Shown piece after piece: positions 48,788-61,734 of a stretch of 64,000 bases of DNA. The notes below the pieces were generated by a model. It had not been told where the DNA came from and searched no databases. It saw only the letters and a list, made by a program, of their open reading frames with translations. Within the stretch, counting starts at the first letter, position 1. Each line of letters opens with the position of its first letter. Position numbers and translations under genes: made by a program. This stretch comes from a candidate division FCPU426 bacterium (GTDB taxonomy: Bacteria > Oederibacteriota > Muellerivitia > Muellerivitales > Muellerivitaceae), in assembly GCA_963738405.1 (NCBI GenBank), contig CAVTWJ010000010.1, forward strand, positions 32,001-96,000, written 5' to 3'.

Positions 48788-49369
48788 GTGACTTGGACTG
48801 ATCTTCTCGGCTTATTCCTTCCTCTTTTTGTGGCGGTGGACCCATTGGGGGTCCTGCCGGCCTTCCTTCAAATGACATCCGGCCTCAAAGAAAAGGCTCG
48901 CCGAAAACTGGTGGACCTTTCGGTGCTTACCGCGGCGGCGGTGGGCCTTCTATTTATTCCCTTGGGGCCAATGGTGTTGGGCACCTTGGGCCTAAAAACC
49001 GGGGATTTTCAGGTGGCCGGCGGCCTTTTGGTTTTAGTCGTCGCGTTGCGGGATGTGGTTTTTGACAAGAAATCCTTCCACCCTGGAGCTGGGGAAGGGG
49101 CCGGTATCGTGCCGATTGGCATCCCCCTTTTGGTGGGTCCTGCGGTATTCGCCACCCTCATTCTTTTGAGGAGCCGTTTTGAATGGTGGCAGATCGCCAT
49201 AGCGTTACTGTTGAATCTTTTGTTCAGTTGGGTTGTTTTCAGGCAGTCGGTCACCCTACTGCGATGGATGGGCCCAACAGGTTCTCGGGTCATTTCCAAA
49301 TTGGCCGCGCTGCTTTTGGCGGCCTACGCGGTCATGATGATCCGGGTGGGTTTACAGTCCTTTCATTGA
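48788..49369 (+). CDS. MarC family membrane protein
   Basis: LFVAVDPLG, FQVAGG, VPIGIPLLVGP. Confidence 0.9.
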   Translation: MTWTDLLGLFLPLFVAVDPLGVLPAFLQMTSGLKEKARRKLVDLSVLTAAAVGLLFIPLGPMVLGTLGLKTGDFQVAGGLLVLVVALRDVVFDKKSFHPGAGEGAGIVPIGIPLLVGPAVFATLILLRSRFEWWQIAIALLLNLLFSWVVFRQSVTLLRWMGPTGSRVISKLAALLLAAYAVMMIRVGLQSFH

Positions 49370-49441
49370 ATTTTTTCTTCAAGTATGAGACCCCCTGATG
49401 GAAAATGCTCTGAAGCAATACATGATCAAGGCGGAATTGCC

Positions 49442-50350
49442 ATGAAATCCCCTAAAGTTCTTGTCGTTTATAAAGAAAGTTCGTTGACCCGCCTTGAAAA
49501 GGTTCGGCCGATTCCCCGGCGGATCAAGCTGGGGAACTACTGGGAGGTTTTAAAGGGAAGTCATCAAAGGCATCACCATACGGTACAGGGTGTTCGCGAA
49601 ATACTGAGTGAAATGAAACTGAAGGCGGACTTTATCCTCCGTCGAAAAATGAACCAGATGGGTTTCGCCGATGGGCGTTATGGCCTGGTGGTGACGGTCG
49701 GGGGGGACGGAACCCTGCTGGACGCTTCCCACTCTGTCAAGGACCTCCCGGTTTTGGGAATCAACTCGGACCCCTTGAGAAGCGTGGCCCGTTTCAGCGG
49801 CTGCGATCTGGGTAGTTTCGAGAAGGTACTCAAGAATTATCTTTCCGGCCGATTGAAACCTGTTCTCGTGCCCCGCCTGGAGTTTTCCTTAAACGGGCGG
49901 AAACATCCTCGCCCCATTTTGAACGATTTATTAGTGACCACCCGCAGCCCGGCCGGTACCTCGCGCTACACCCTAAAGATAGGGAAGAGGGTCGAAGAAC
50001 AGATGTCCAGCGGCATTTGGGTCAGCACCCCGGCGGGTTCCACCGCCGCAAGCCTTTCGGCGGGGGGGAAAATCATCCCCCCGTCAAAAAAATGCTTCCA
50101 ATACGTTGTTCGTGAAGCCTACCTGCCGAAGTTCGGGCGTCGAAGCCTCATCAAGGGAATCCTTGGAATAAAAGATAAAATGGAAGTGGTTTCTTATATG
50201 CGGGACGGCCAGATATTTCTCGATGGGGCCAACAACTACCTGCCGTTTGTTCTAGGGGACCAATTGAAAGTTTTTCTGTCGCCCCATCCCCTCAAGGTCC
50301 TTGGGTTCAGCGTCCAAAAGGGACGGGTACCCCGTCGCCAAACCGATTAG
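49442..50350 (+). CDS. NAD(+)/NADH kinase family protein
   Basis: GGDGTLL, LGIN, LND, STPAGSTA..LSAGG. Confidence 0.85.
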   Translation: MKSPKVLVVYKESSLTRLEKVRPIPRRIKLGNYWEVLKGSHQRHHHTVQGVREILSEMKLKADFILRRKMNQMGFADGRYGLVVTVGGDGTLLDASHSVKDLPVLGINSDPLRSVARFSGCDLGSFEKVLKNYLSGRLKPVLVPRLEFSLNGRKHPRPILNDLLVTTRSPAGTSRYTLKIGKRVEEQMSSGIWVSTPAGSTAASLSAGGKIIPPSKKCFQYVVREAYLPKFGRRSLIKGILGIKDKMEVVSYMRDGQIFLDGANNYLPFVLGDQLKVFLSPHPLKVLGFSVQKGRVPRRQTD

Positions 50351-50378
50351 TCTCCTAATTTTAAACGATTAAGACGGT

Positions 50379-51155
50379 CTAGGGAGCGCAGGCGGGGTCA
50401 ACCGATTGGGCTTGCCAGAGGCGGATTAGGGCTAAATGGGACTTCAGATAAGCCTCTCCTTTGACTCCCCCAAGGGGCAGAAGAGTAGAGAGGTCGCCCA
50501 GGGCTTGAAATTGTTTTTGAAATTGAACGGCCAGGGGATAGTAGCTCCAATGCCAGTGCTCATCGGTGATAATTCCCGAATCGCCCCGATAAACCCTGCA
50601 AAAACCGTAACGGGGCGCATTGACTGCCATCCATCGGTAAAAAGCCATAACTTTCGGAGAGGGATCATCTGATTCGGAAAGTAATAAGCCTCTCAGACTT
50701 TTCTCTGAAATGTCCAACTCGCTCCCCCAATGGTGTCTGGAAAGTCCCGGAAGGGAAGTGTACCTCAGTTGGGCCTTTACCTTTTCCTCCTGTGATTCCT
50801 TTCCGGGATCGTCGTAGAGAGAGTTCCAGAGGTTTTTTTGGCTAATGAAAGAACGGTATCCGGACACCAACACCAAATTCCATCCCGCTTGCTTGGCATC
50901 TAACCTGAGCTTTTTGAAGGCCTCAATAACCTCGGGCAGGGCCGCTTTGCCTGAAACGGGATCGACGACGAGACCGGGGGGAGGTTCCAACCCGGTTAAC
51001 TGCCGGGGAGTTAGGAAAAGACTTTTCCCATACTGCGAGGGAAACGGATTTTTCAAGGAAGCGCAGCCGAGGATTAAAAGGAAACCAATAAGAAAGCCCC
51101 ATCTTCCAAGCGGAAGGCGGGGCTTGGCATTTGGCTCCTGAATAGAGTTTTGCAA
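50379..51155 (-). CDS. D-alanyl-D-alanine carboxypeptidase (M15B, VanY-like), probable lipoprotein
   Basis: SGYRSF, PGLSRHHWGSELD, EHWHWSY; LGC lipobox; start uncertain. Confidence 0.85.
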   Translation of the reverse strand: MQNSIQEPNAKPRLPLGRWGFLIGFLLILGCASLKNPFPSQYGKSLFLTPRQLTGLEPPPGLVVDPVSGKAALPEVIEAFKKLRLDAKQAGWNLVLVSGYRSFISQKNLWNSLYDDPGKESQEEKVKAQLRYTSLPGLSRHHWGSELDISEKSLRGLLLSESDDPSPKVMAFYRWMAVNAPRYGFCRVYRGDSGIITDEHWHWSYYPLAVQFQKQFQALGDLSTLLPLGGVKGEAYLKSHLALIRLWQAQSVDPACAP

Positions 51156-51296
51156 GGGGATTAACAGGTTGTTGAATCCCCTTTTCGGGGATTCCTATTT
51201 AGGAACGAGCCGTAAAAGACAAAAGACATCTTTTTAAAGGCTCGTTCAAGCCCTTGGCTGTCGACAAAGTGATAAAAAAGTATTTTCATCACTTTG

Positions 51297-51920
51297 TTAG
51301 CGCAGATCCTTCGAAGATAGGATCTTTAGGTTGGAATCCATTTCATAAATGCGCGGGATTCCGGTGTCCAGGTTCAAGGCGATGACCTGTTCCTGGCTCA
51401 AACTTTCTAGATGCATCACAATGGACCGCAAAGAATTTCCGTGGGCCGCCACCAAAACGTTCTTGCCTTGTTTGAGGTAGGGGGCGATATGGGTGTCGAA
51501 ATAGGGAAGGGTACGCGCGGCGGTATCTTTAAGCGACTCCGTAAAGCCGGTGCTGTCCGGCGGGGGGGGAACGTCATAGCTGCGCCGCCAGATCTTGACC
51601 TGGTCCTCGCCGTATTTCTGGGCTGTTTCGGCCTTGTTCAGACCTTGAAGACCGCCGTAATGCCGTTCGTTGAGGGCCTGGTCCATATAGACCGGAATAT
51701 CTTTCATACCGGAGGACTGGAAAATAAGCGACAAGGTTCTTTGGGCTCTTTGAAGGGCTGAGGTGAAAGCCACGTCGAACTTGTAGCCTTTCAGCTTTTC
51801 TCCGGCCGCTTTGGCTTCTTTTTCTCCCAACTCAGATAGGGGAACATCCACCCAGCCGGTAAACCGGTTTTCAAGGTTCCATTGGGATTGGCCGTGACGC
51901 ACAAGAGCCAGAATGGACAT
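51297..51920 (-). CDS. gpmA: 2,3-bisphosphoglycerate-dependent phosphoglycerate mutase
   Basis: [25 protein letters not shown]. Confidence 0.95.
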   Translation of the reverse strand: MSILALVRHGQSQWNLENRFTGWVDVPLSELGEKEAKAAGEKLKGYKFDVAFTSALQRAQRTLSLIFQSSGMKDIPVYMDQALNERHYGGLQGLNKAETAQKYGEDQVKIWRRSYDVPPPPDSTGFTESLKDTAARTLPYFDTHIAPYLKQGKNVLVAAHGNSLRSIVMHLESLSQEQVIALNLDTGIPRIYEMDSNLKILSSKDLR

Positions 51921-52130
51921 AAAGCACCCCTTTCAAACGCATATGAAATTTCAAACCCAGCTTGATAAGGCTTTCCCTGAATCAGGAATTTTTGCGGGTT
52001 TGGTTCGAACGAGGGCCGATTTTAACCTTGGCTTGTGGATTAGGGAAGGGGTTTAGGAGGGGGGGCGGGTTGAATGACGGAAGACCTTCGACCATACTTG
52101 ATAACGATCTTTTTGAATGGATAGGGACCC

Positions 52131-53228
52131 GTGATAAGAAACGATCATTATTGGATGGAACGAGCGCTTGAATTAGCGCAAAGGGGAAGCTTCAATGTTT
52201 CCCCTAATCCCCGGGTTGGCGCGGTTTTAATAAAGGATGGTCGCGTGGTTGGGGAAGGGGCCCATTTGAGGTATGGGGGTCCTCATGCCGAAATAAACGC
52301 TTTGAGACAGGCCGGGAAAAAGGCCGAGGGAGCGACCCTCTTTGTGACCCTGGAGCCCTGCGCCCACCTTGGAAAAACACCTCCCTGCGTTGAGGCTCTC
52401 ATTCAATCGGGAGTTAAAAGGGTGGTGGCGTCCATGCGCGATCCCTTTCCCCTGGTGAAGGGAAAGGGGTTCGCGAGTCTTCGCAAAGCAGGCATTAAGG
52501 TCGCGGTGGGGTTGCTGGAAAAAGAAGCAAGCGCTTTAAACGAGAATTTTATTTTCAGCATTGCCCATCTGCGTCCTAAGGTGATCCTCAAAGCCGCGAT
52601 GACCCTTGACGGCCGTATCGCAACCGCGACTGGGGCATCGCGTTGGGTTACGGGCGACAAGGCACGGCGGAAGGTGCATGAACTCCGGGCGCAATCGGAT
52701 GCCATCCTGATAGGGGTGGAGACGGCATTGAAGGACAATCCTTCTTTAACGGTTCGGCTTCCGGGTTTTAACCGAAAGGATGGCTGGCCCTTAAGGGTGG
52801 TTTTGGACTCTGATTTAAGGCTTCCGCCGAAGTCTAGAATTTTGAATCAAGGTCCTGGAATGGTGATTTTTACCTCGCAAAAGGCATCTAGGATGCGACA
52901 AAAGGCCTTGGAAAAAAGAGGAGCGGACGTTTTGCGGGTTATCGGCACTCAAAAAATGTTATCTTTACGGGCCCTATTAAAATCGCTCTTTCGGATGGGG
53001 GTTCGAACCCTGTTGGTAGAGGGCGGCGGCTTGGTTCACGGGTCCTTTATAAAAGAAGGCCTCGCGGATGAAGCAGCCCTATTTATTGCCCCTAAAGTGT
53101 TTGGGGCTGGCCCCGCTTGGGCCAGGGGGTGGGCTGTCCGTGATCCTCAAAGGTCCCCCCGGCTTAAGGATGTGATAATGGAACCCATGGGCGAAGACTG
53201 GCTTTTGACAGGCTGTTGGGAGAAATGA
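52131..53228 (+). CDS. ribD: bifunctional diaminohydroxyphosphoribosylaminopyrimidine deaminase/reductase
   Basis: PNPRVG, HAE, TLEPCAH..TPPC, VEGG. Confidence 0.96.
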   Translation: MIRNDHYWMERALELAQRGSFNVSPNPRVGAVLIKDGRVVGEGAHLRYGGPHAEINALRQAGKKAEGATLFVTLEPCAHLGKTPPCVEALIQSGVKRVVASMRDPFPLVKGKGFASLRKAGIKVAVGLLEKEASALNENFIFSIAHLRPKVILKAAMTLDGRIATATGASRWVTGDKARRKVHELRAQSDAILIGVETALKDNPSLTVRLPGFNRKDGWPLRVVLDSDLRLPPKSRILNQGPGMVIFTSQKASRMRQKALEKRGADVLRVIGTQKMLSLRALLKSLFRMGVRTLLVEGGGLVHGSFIKEGLADEAALFIAPKVFGAGPAWARGWAVRDPQRSPRLKDVIMEPMGEDWLLTGCWEK

Positions 53229-53229
53229 A

Positions 53230-53841
53230 ATGTTTACCGGATTAATCCAGGAAGTGGCCAGAGTCGAATCGGCCGAAAGACGGGAGGGAATCCTCCAGTT
53301 ATCCCTTCGTGCGCCGCAAACGGCTCCAAAAATCAAAATCGGGGATAGTGTGGCCCTTAACGGCTGCTGCCTAACCGTTATCAAACTTCAGCCGCCCCTG
53401 GTTTTCTTCGAAGCGGTGCCCGAAACTTTGAGGCGGACGATCTTGGGTCTTTTGAAGGCCGGGGATCCGGTGAACCTGGAGCTTCCCTTAACCTTGGGAG
53501 GCGCCCTGGGAGGACATTACGTGCAGGGACATGTGGATGGGATGGCAGAAATCCTTTCTTTTGAACCGGAAGGGGAAGGCAAAAGGCTTACGGTTCGTCT
53601 TCCCGACGTGATCACTAAATTCGTGGTCGAGAAGGGAAGCATCGCCCTGGACGGCATCAGCCTGACGGTGGCGGCCATTGAGGGGGATGAAATGGAAGCA
53701 GCTTTGATTCCGCATACCTTGGAAAACACCAACATGAAGGCTAAAAGGACAGGTGATCTGCTCCACGTTGAGGCGGATATGCTGGCCAAGCACCTTGAAA
53801 AGCTGGCTTTGGGGTATTTTGCTCCCGAGGCGAAATCATGA
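53230..53841 (+). CDS. ribE: riboflavin synthase
   Basis: MFTGLI N-terminus, NGCCLT, GGHYVQGHVD, DGISLT. Confidence 0.96.
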   Translation: MFTGLIQEVARVESAERREGILQLSLRAPQTAPKIKIGDSVALNGCCLTVIKLQPPLVFFEAVPETLRRTILGLLKAGDPVNLELPLTLGGALGGHYVQGHVDGMAEILSFEPEGEGKRLTVRLPDVITKFVVEKGSIALDGISLTVAAIEGDEMEAALIPHTLENTNMKAKRTGDLLHVEADMLAKHLEKLALGYFAPEAKS

Positions 53842-54269
53842 AAATTGAACCGGTCGGGGAAGAATCCGCCCCCCTGAACGAGCCCATCCTTTCTTCATTG
53901 GCCCCCCTGATCCAGGAAAGAGTGAAAAAGATCCAGGACCCCGCCCTGCGGGAGGAGTTGTCCCGCCTGATTGGGGATGTGGAAGAGAAGGGGAAAAAAC
54001 TTTTTTCCTCCAAGGCGAGGCAGGAATTTGAGGACTATAAAACATCCGTTAAAAAATTCATGCAGCGGATCATCCAGGGCTCTTTCAAACTTGAGGAAAA
54101 GCAAAGCCGCAAACGCGACGGTAAGTTCGTGATTTACCTTACCACCCAAAAGGTGGACGAGGCCTTGGATCATTTGGGGCAGATGCTTATCGCGGGCCAG
54201 CAGGATTCCATGAGGGTCTTGGCGGCCCTCGATGAAATTCGCGGGATGCTATTGGACCTCTATCTTTGA
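53838..54269 (+). CDS. YaaR/DUF327 family protein
   Basis: YK..VKKF and the C-terminal [10 protein letters not shown] motif. Confidence 0.8.
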   Translation: MKIEPVGEESAPLNEPILSSLAPLIQERVKKIQDPALREELSRLIGDVEEKGKKLFSSKARQEFEDYKTSVKKFMQRIIQGSFKLEEKQSRKRDGKFVIYLTTQKVDEALDHLGQMLIAGQQDSMRVLAALDEIRGMLLDLYL

Positions 54270-54297
54270 AAAGACCTCCGGGTCGAAGACGGGAAAA

Positions 54298-55518
54298 ATG
54301 GAAATCAAACGGGTAGAACAAGCCATTGAGGACATCCGGCAGGGCCGGATGGTCATTGTGGTGGATGATGAGAACCGCGAAAACGAGGGCGACCTGGTGA
54401 TGGCGGCCGAAAGGATAACCCCTGAGGCGGTCAATTTCATGGTCAAGGAGGGCCGCGGGCTGGTTTGCGTGCCGATGCTTTCGGAGGACCTGGACCGGCT
54501 CGGCCTTCCCTTGATGGTGAATCAACAGGAAGACCATTTTCGAACGGCCTTTACCGTGTCCGTGGACGCCCGTGAGGGGGTGACCACCGGTATTTCAGCC
54601 CAAGACCGGGCCAAGACCATATTGGTCATGGCCAATGCCTCTTCCATGCCACGGGATATCGCCAAACCGGGCCATGTTTTTCCCCTCCAATACCGGGCTG
54701 GAGGCGTCCTACGCCGGGCCGGGCATACCGAGGCCGCGGTGGATCTGGCTCGACTGGCGGGCTTGAGACCCATGGGAGTCATCTGCGAAATCATGAAAGA
54801 TGACGGCAGCATGGCCCGGATGGATGATTTAAAGGTTTTCGCCCAAAAGCAAAAATTGAATCTCATCACCATCGCCGATTTGATCCATTACCGCCGGGAA
54901 AAAGAAAAGCTGGTGAAATCGGTTCTGGAAGTCATGCTTCCCACCGAGACGGGTCAATGGAAAGTGATCGTTTACAAGGCCTCCACTGAGGATGATGACA
55001 GCTTGGCTATGGTGAAAGGCGATTTATCGGGTAGTGAGCCGGTGCTTGTCCGTGTCCATTCCGAATGCCTAACCGGGGATGTGTTTCATTCCCTTCGATG
55101 CGATTGCGGCTCCCAACTGCACGCGGCCATGGGCCAAATTGATCGGGAGGGACGGGGAGTTGTGCTCTACATGCGCCAAGAGGGCCGGGGGATCGGCTTA
55201 CTAAATAAGCTGAGGGCCTACCAGTTACAAGATGAGGGATTGGACACGGTGGAAGCCAATGAAAAGCTGGGTTTCCCCGCCGACTTGAGGGATTATGGAA
55301 TCGGGGCCCAAATTCTTGTGGATTTAGGCATAAAAGAAATCAGGCTATTAACCAACAATCCAAAGAAGATTGTGGGGTTGGAAGGCTATGGTTTGAAGGT
55401 GGTCGAAAGGGTACCGATTGAAATCCCTCCCAACTCAGTTAATTCACGTTACTTGAACACGAAAATGGAAAAAATGGGCCATTTGTTTACGAAAAAAAAC
55501 AAGGCAAAGCCGGATTGA
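54298..55518 (+). CDS. ribBA: bifunctional DHBP synthase / GTP cyclohydrolase II
   Basis: [40 protein letters not shown]. Confidence 0.97.
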   Translation: MEIKRVEQAIEDIRQGRMVIVVDDENRENEGDLVMAAERITPEAVNFMVKEGRGLVCVPMLSEDLDRLGLPLMVNQQEDHFRTAFTVSVDAREGVTTGISAQDRAKTILVMANASSMPRDIAKPGHVFPLQYRAGGVLRRAGHTEAAVDLARLAGLRPMGVICEIMKDDGSMARMDDLKVFAQKQKLNLITIADLIHYRREKEKLVKSVLEVMLPTETGQWKVIVYKASTEDDDSLAMVKGDLSGSEPVLVRVHSECLTGDVFHSLRCDCGSQLHAAMGQIDREGRGVVLYMRQEGRGIGLLNKLRAYQLQDEGLDTVEANEKLGFPADLRDYGIGAQILVDLGIKEIRLLTNNPKKIVGLEGYGLKVVERVPIEIPPNSVNSRYLNTKMEKMGHLFTKKNKAKPD

Positions 55519-55527
55519 GGGATTAGA

Positions 55528-55998
55528 ATGTCGCCCGTCATGATCCAAGGAACACCCCAAGGAAATGGAAAACGAGTCGCGGTGGTGGTGAGCCGATTCA
55601 ATGATCTTATCGGTCGAAGGCTTCTCCAAGGGGCGTTGGAAACCCTCAAATCGAGGGGCCTGTCAGAGGAAAACATTGAAACCGCCTGGGTTCCAGGCGC
55701 GTGGGAACTAGGAGTGGTTTCGGCCAAATTGGCCCGGACGGGCAGGTTCAACGGGCTGATCGCTTTAGGTGCCATCATACGGGGTGAAACCACCCATCAT
55801 GAGGTTCTGGGCCATGAAATCGCGTCAAGTCTTGGAACCCTTTCCCTCGAAACGGGCATTCCGGTGGCTTTCGGGGTACTGACCACCGAGAATTTGGACC
55901 AGGCCCTGGCAAGGGCGGGAGAGCGATCGGACAACAAGGGCGCTGAGGCGGCCCTGCATCTTTTGGAGACCATGTCGGTTTTGGACCAGATTCAATAA
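55528..55998 (+). CDS. ribH: 6,7-dimethyl-8-ribityllumazine synthase
   Basis: SRFN, VPGAWE, IRGETTH, NKGAEAA. Confidence 0.95.
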   Translation: MSPVMIQGTPQGNGKRVAVVVSRFNDLIGRRLLQGALETLKSRGLSEENIETAWVPGAWELGVVSAKLARTGRFNGLIALGAIIRGETTHHEVLGHEIASSLGTLSLETGIPVAFGVLTTENLDQALARAGERSDNKGAEAALHLLETMSVLDQIQ

Positions 55999-56018
55999 AC
56001 AAGCGGAAGGGAACGACT

Positions 56019-56423
56019 ATGGGTTTAAAACGACGAACCCGGGAATTGGCCCTTCAAATGCTTTTTCAAATGGACCTGGGGACCGTACAAATTAAGGATC
56101 TGGAAGAAAATTTTCTTCCCAACGCCAGCGCGCCCGAGGCGGCCAAGGAAATGTCGATGGCGTTGGTGAAAAACGTTTGGGACAGGGTTTCGGAAATCGA
56201 CTCCAATCTCCGCCGTTTCACCGAGCATTGGGACCTGGCCCGCATGGCGGGGGTTGACCGCAATGTTTTGAGGCTTGGGGCCTACGAGATTCTTTTTGAC
56301 GATGAGGTGCCCAAATCGGTGGCCATTAACGAGGCCCTGGAAATTGTCAAACGCTACAGTACGGAAGAATCCAGCCGTTTCGTGAATGGGATACTGGACA
56401 AATTAGATAAAAAGGTTTCGTAG
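56019..56423 (+). CDS. nusB: transcription antitermination factor NusB
   Basis: RELALQMLF, DRNVLR, VAINEA, FVNGILD; follows ribH. Confidence 0.95.
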   Translation: MGLKRRTRELALQMLFQMDLGTVQIKDLEENFLPNASAPEAAKEMSMALVKNVWDRVSEIDSNLRRFTEHWDLARMAGVDRNVLRLGAYEILFDDEVPKSVAINEALEIVKRYSTEESSRFVNGILDKLDKKVS

Positions 56424-56517
56424 AACCCGGAAAAGTCCGCCTGGTACTTTAAAATATTAAAGAACCAGCGCCTGAGAAGGGTCTAAATGGATGGGTTGAT
56501 TATTTAAGGAAGAACCA

Positions 56518-56868
56518 TTGGAAATTGATATCCCCGCTGAAATGAAGGCCTTTCTCGATGAGGTGGTGGATTCTTTTGCCATGTGGGACCTTTTGATTTT
56601 CTTTTCGAAAAAAGAGGGAGAAACGGAATCGGCCGACCGGATCGCCCAGCTCCTGGGGCGCCAACCCATTGAGATGGAAAAACCCATGGTGAAACTTGAA
56701 AAAATGGGTTTGTTGACCCGGCTGAAGCGGCTTGATGGTGAAATGGCCTGCCAATTGAACCGAAGCGGGTTCCTTTATCCCGGACTTCAGAGGTTTTGGG
56801 CCTTTAACGAAAGCCAGGAAAACCGCCTAAGAATTCTCAGCTACCTTCTGCAGAAAAAGGTCCGATAA
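56518..56868 (+). CDS. hypothetical protein (winged-helix-like)
   Basis: IAQLLGR...LEKMGLL HTH-like pattern; TTG start after AAGGA. Confidence 0.55.
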   Translation: MEIDIPAEMKAFLDEVVDSFAMWDLLIFFSKKEGETESADRIAQLLGRQPIEMEKPMVKLEKMGLLTRLKRLDGEMACQLNRSGFLYPGLQRFWAFNESQENRLRILSYLLQKKVR

Positions 56869-56955
56869 GCCTCCGGACCCGTGGATTTCAAGCCTGTGTT
56901 TCCCCTAGTCCCCGTGTTAAAATAAGCCTGTTTTTACCTCCGGTTTTGGGGTCTT

Positions 56956-57687
56956 ATGCGTTACGGTATTTTCTCGGATATCCACAGCAATCTTGAGGCC
57001 ATGACGGAAGTGGCCAAGGCCATGAAAGCTGATGGGGCTGAGCAATTTCTCTGCCTGGGCGATCTGGTTGGGTACTATTCCAATCCCAACGAGGTTGTTG
57101 AATTGATCGATTCCCTCAACTGTTGGAAGACCGTGATGGGCAATCATGATTCGGCGGCGGTGGGGCAGACCACGCTTTCCAAGTTTAACCCTCCCGCCGC
57201 GGAGGCTATCCGATGGACCCAGCAAAAACTCACCCCTAAGAATTTCCAAATTCTGCAAAAACTGCGGCTCCGTGAGGAAATTGGGGAAATCCAGTTGGTC
57301 CATTCTTCCCCCTTTCAAAGCGAAGAATGGCATTATTTGACCCAGCAGGAAGATATTGAACGGAATTTCCGCTATTTCCAGGGCTTCATATGTTTTTTCG
57401 GCCATGTCCATAAACCCTTTATCGCCGAACAAACGAAGAGCGGAACCGTTACGATCCTGTCGGAAACCGAAAAGGTACTGGATCCTTCCTGTCGGTACCT
57501 GGTGAATGTTGGTAGCGTCGGCCAACCCCGTGATGGGGACCCCCGGACCTGTTACGTCCTTTACGATTCCAAAAGCCTTAAACTTTCTATCCGACGGATC
57601 ACCTATGATTTCGAGGCCACCTTTCATAAAACCATCTCGGCGGGACTCCCTGAATACCTGGCCCAGCGGTTAAAAACGGGGAAATAA
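56956..57687 (+). CDS. metallophosphoesterase family protein
   Basis: SDIHSN, GDLVGY, GNHD, GHVH, NVGSVGQPRDGD. Confidence 0.92.
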   Translation: MRYGIFSDIHSNLEAMTEVAKAMKADGAEQFLCLGDLVGYYSNPNEVVELIDSLNCWKTVMGNHDSAAVGQTTLSKFNPPAAEAIRWTQQKLTPKNFQILQKLRLREEIGEIQLVHSSPFQSEEWHYLTQQEDIERNFRYFQGFICFFGHVHKPFIAEQTKSGTVTILSETEKVLDPSCRYLVNVGSVGQPRDGDPRTCYVLYDSKSLKLSIRRITYDFEATFHKTISAGLPEYLAQRLKTGK

Positions 57688-57733
57688 CCTCTTAAGCCCC
57701 GCGAAGTTTCAAATTCGCAAGAAGGAGTCATTC

Positions 57734-60810
<3,077 letters not shown>

Positions 60811-60814
<4 letters not shown>

Positions 60815-61635
60815 AATCCGGGACTGCGCCGGCCCCTTCGCATGCCGGGCCGCGCCTCCGGTTCATGACGGCTTGGTGGTTTCGGCTTTATACGGTGGTT
60901 GTCATTACTTCCTTTCCTGTTCTTCTTTATTTTGGGTGGGGCTTTTTGCAGGCTTATTACACCATCCCATCGCTTGTGAACCTCAATTCCAATGAATTCG
61001 TCATGAATCGCCTCAACCTGGATCAATGGGTGCCTTTGGGAAACATTTCCCCCGAGGCGGCGAACGCGGTCCTCGTGAGCGAGGATGACGATTTTTTTCG
61101 TAATAGGGGGATCGAGTGGGAATCGATCGAGAAAGCCTTGACGGAAGACTGGGAAACCCAGCGTTTCAAGAGGGGCGGCAGTACCCTGACCCAGCAGGTG
61201 GTTAAAAATGTTTTTTTGACGAAGCGTAAGACGCTTGCCCGGAAAATCACGGAAATGGTGTTGGCTTCGCAGGTGCCGAATTACGTTTCTAAAAACAGGG
61301 TTTTGGAGGTTTATCTCAATTGCGCCCAGTGGGGCGGTCAAATTTACGGTATCGCCTCCGCCTCCCGTTTTTATTTTAAGAAAAATCCCTCACAGCTTCG
61401 CGCCAAGGAGGGGGCCTTTTTGGCCATGATGCTTCCTAGCCCCATCCGGTACGGCAAATCTTTTGAGAAGTGCGAGCTGACTCCCTATGCGCAAAAGGAG
61501 ATTCAAACCCTTTTGGATCGGATGCATGTGGAGGGGCTTCTAAGTGACGAGGATTACGCCGGGGAAAGCCGGCGTCCGCTCGCTTTTGAGAAAAAAGCCA
61601 TGGAATCGAGCGGAGCTCCCGAACCCCTCCTCTAG
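60811..61635 (+). CDS. monofunctional peptidoglycan transglycosylase (GT51, MtgA-like)
   Basis: SEDDDFF, GGSTLTQQVVKN, RKITE, LEVYLN, GIASASRFYF; no transpeptidase domain. Confidence 0.9.
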
Positions 61636-61734
61636 GGCTAATCGCCTTGAACCCCCCTATTAAAGACCCTATACTTATGCCCCTTGAGCCCCCCAAAAAG
61701 GCTGAATTTTCGCACATTCCCATAAAGAGGACCC

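Noticed and set aside
51921..52130. Possible FMN riboswitch upstream of ribD
   Set aside because: No conserved RFN core recognisable; the region appears to hold divergent promoters only
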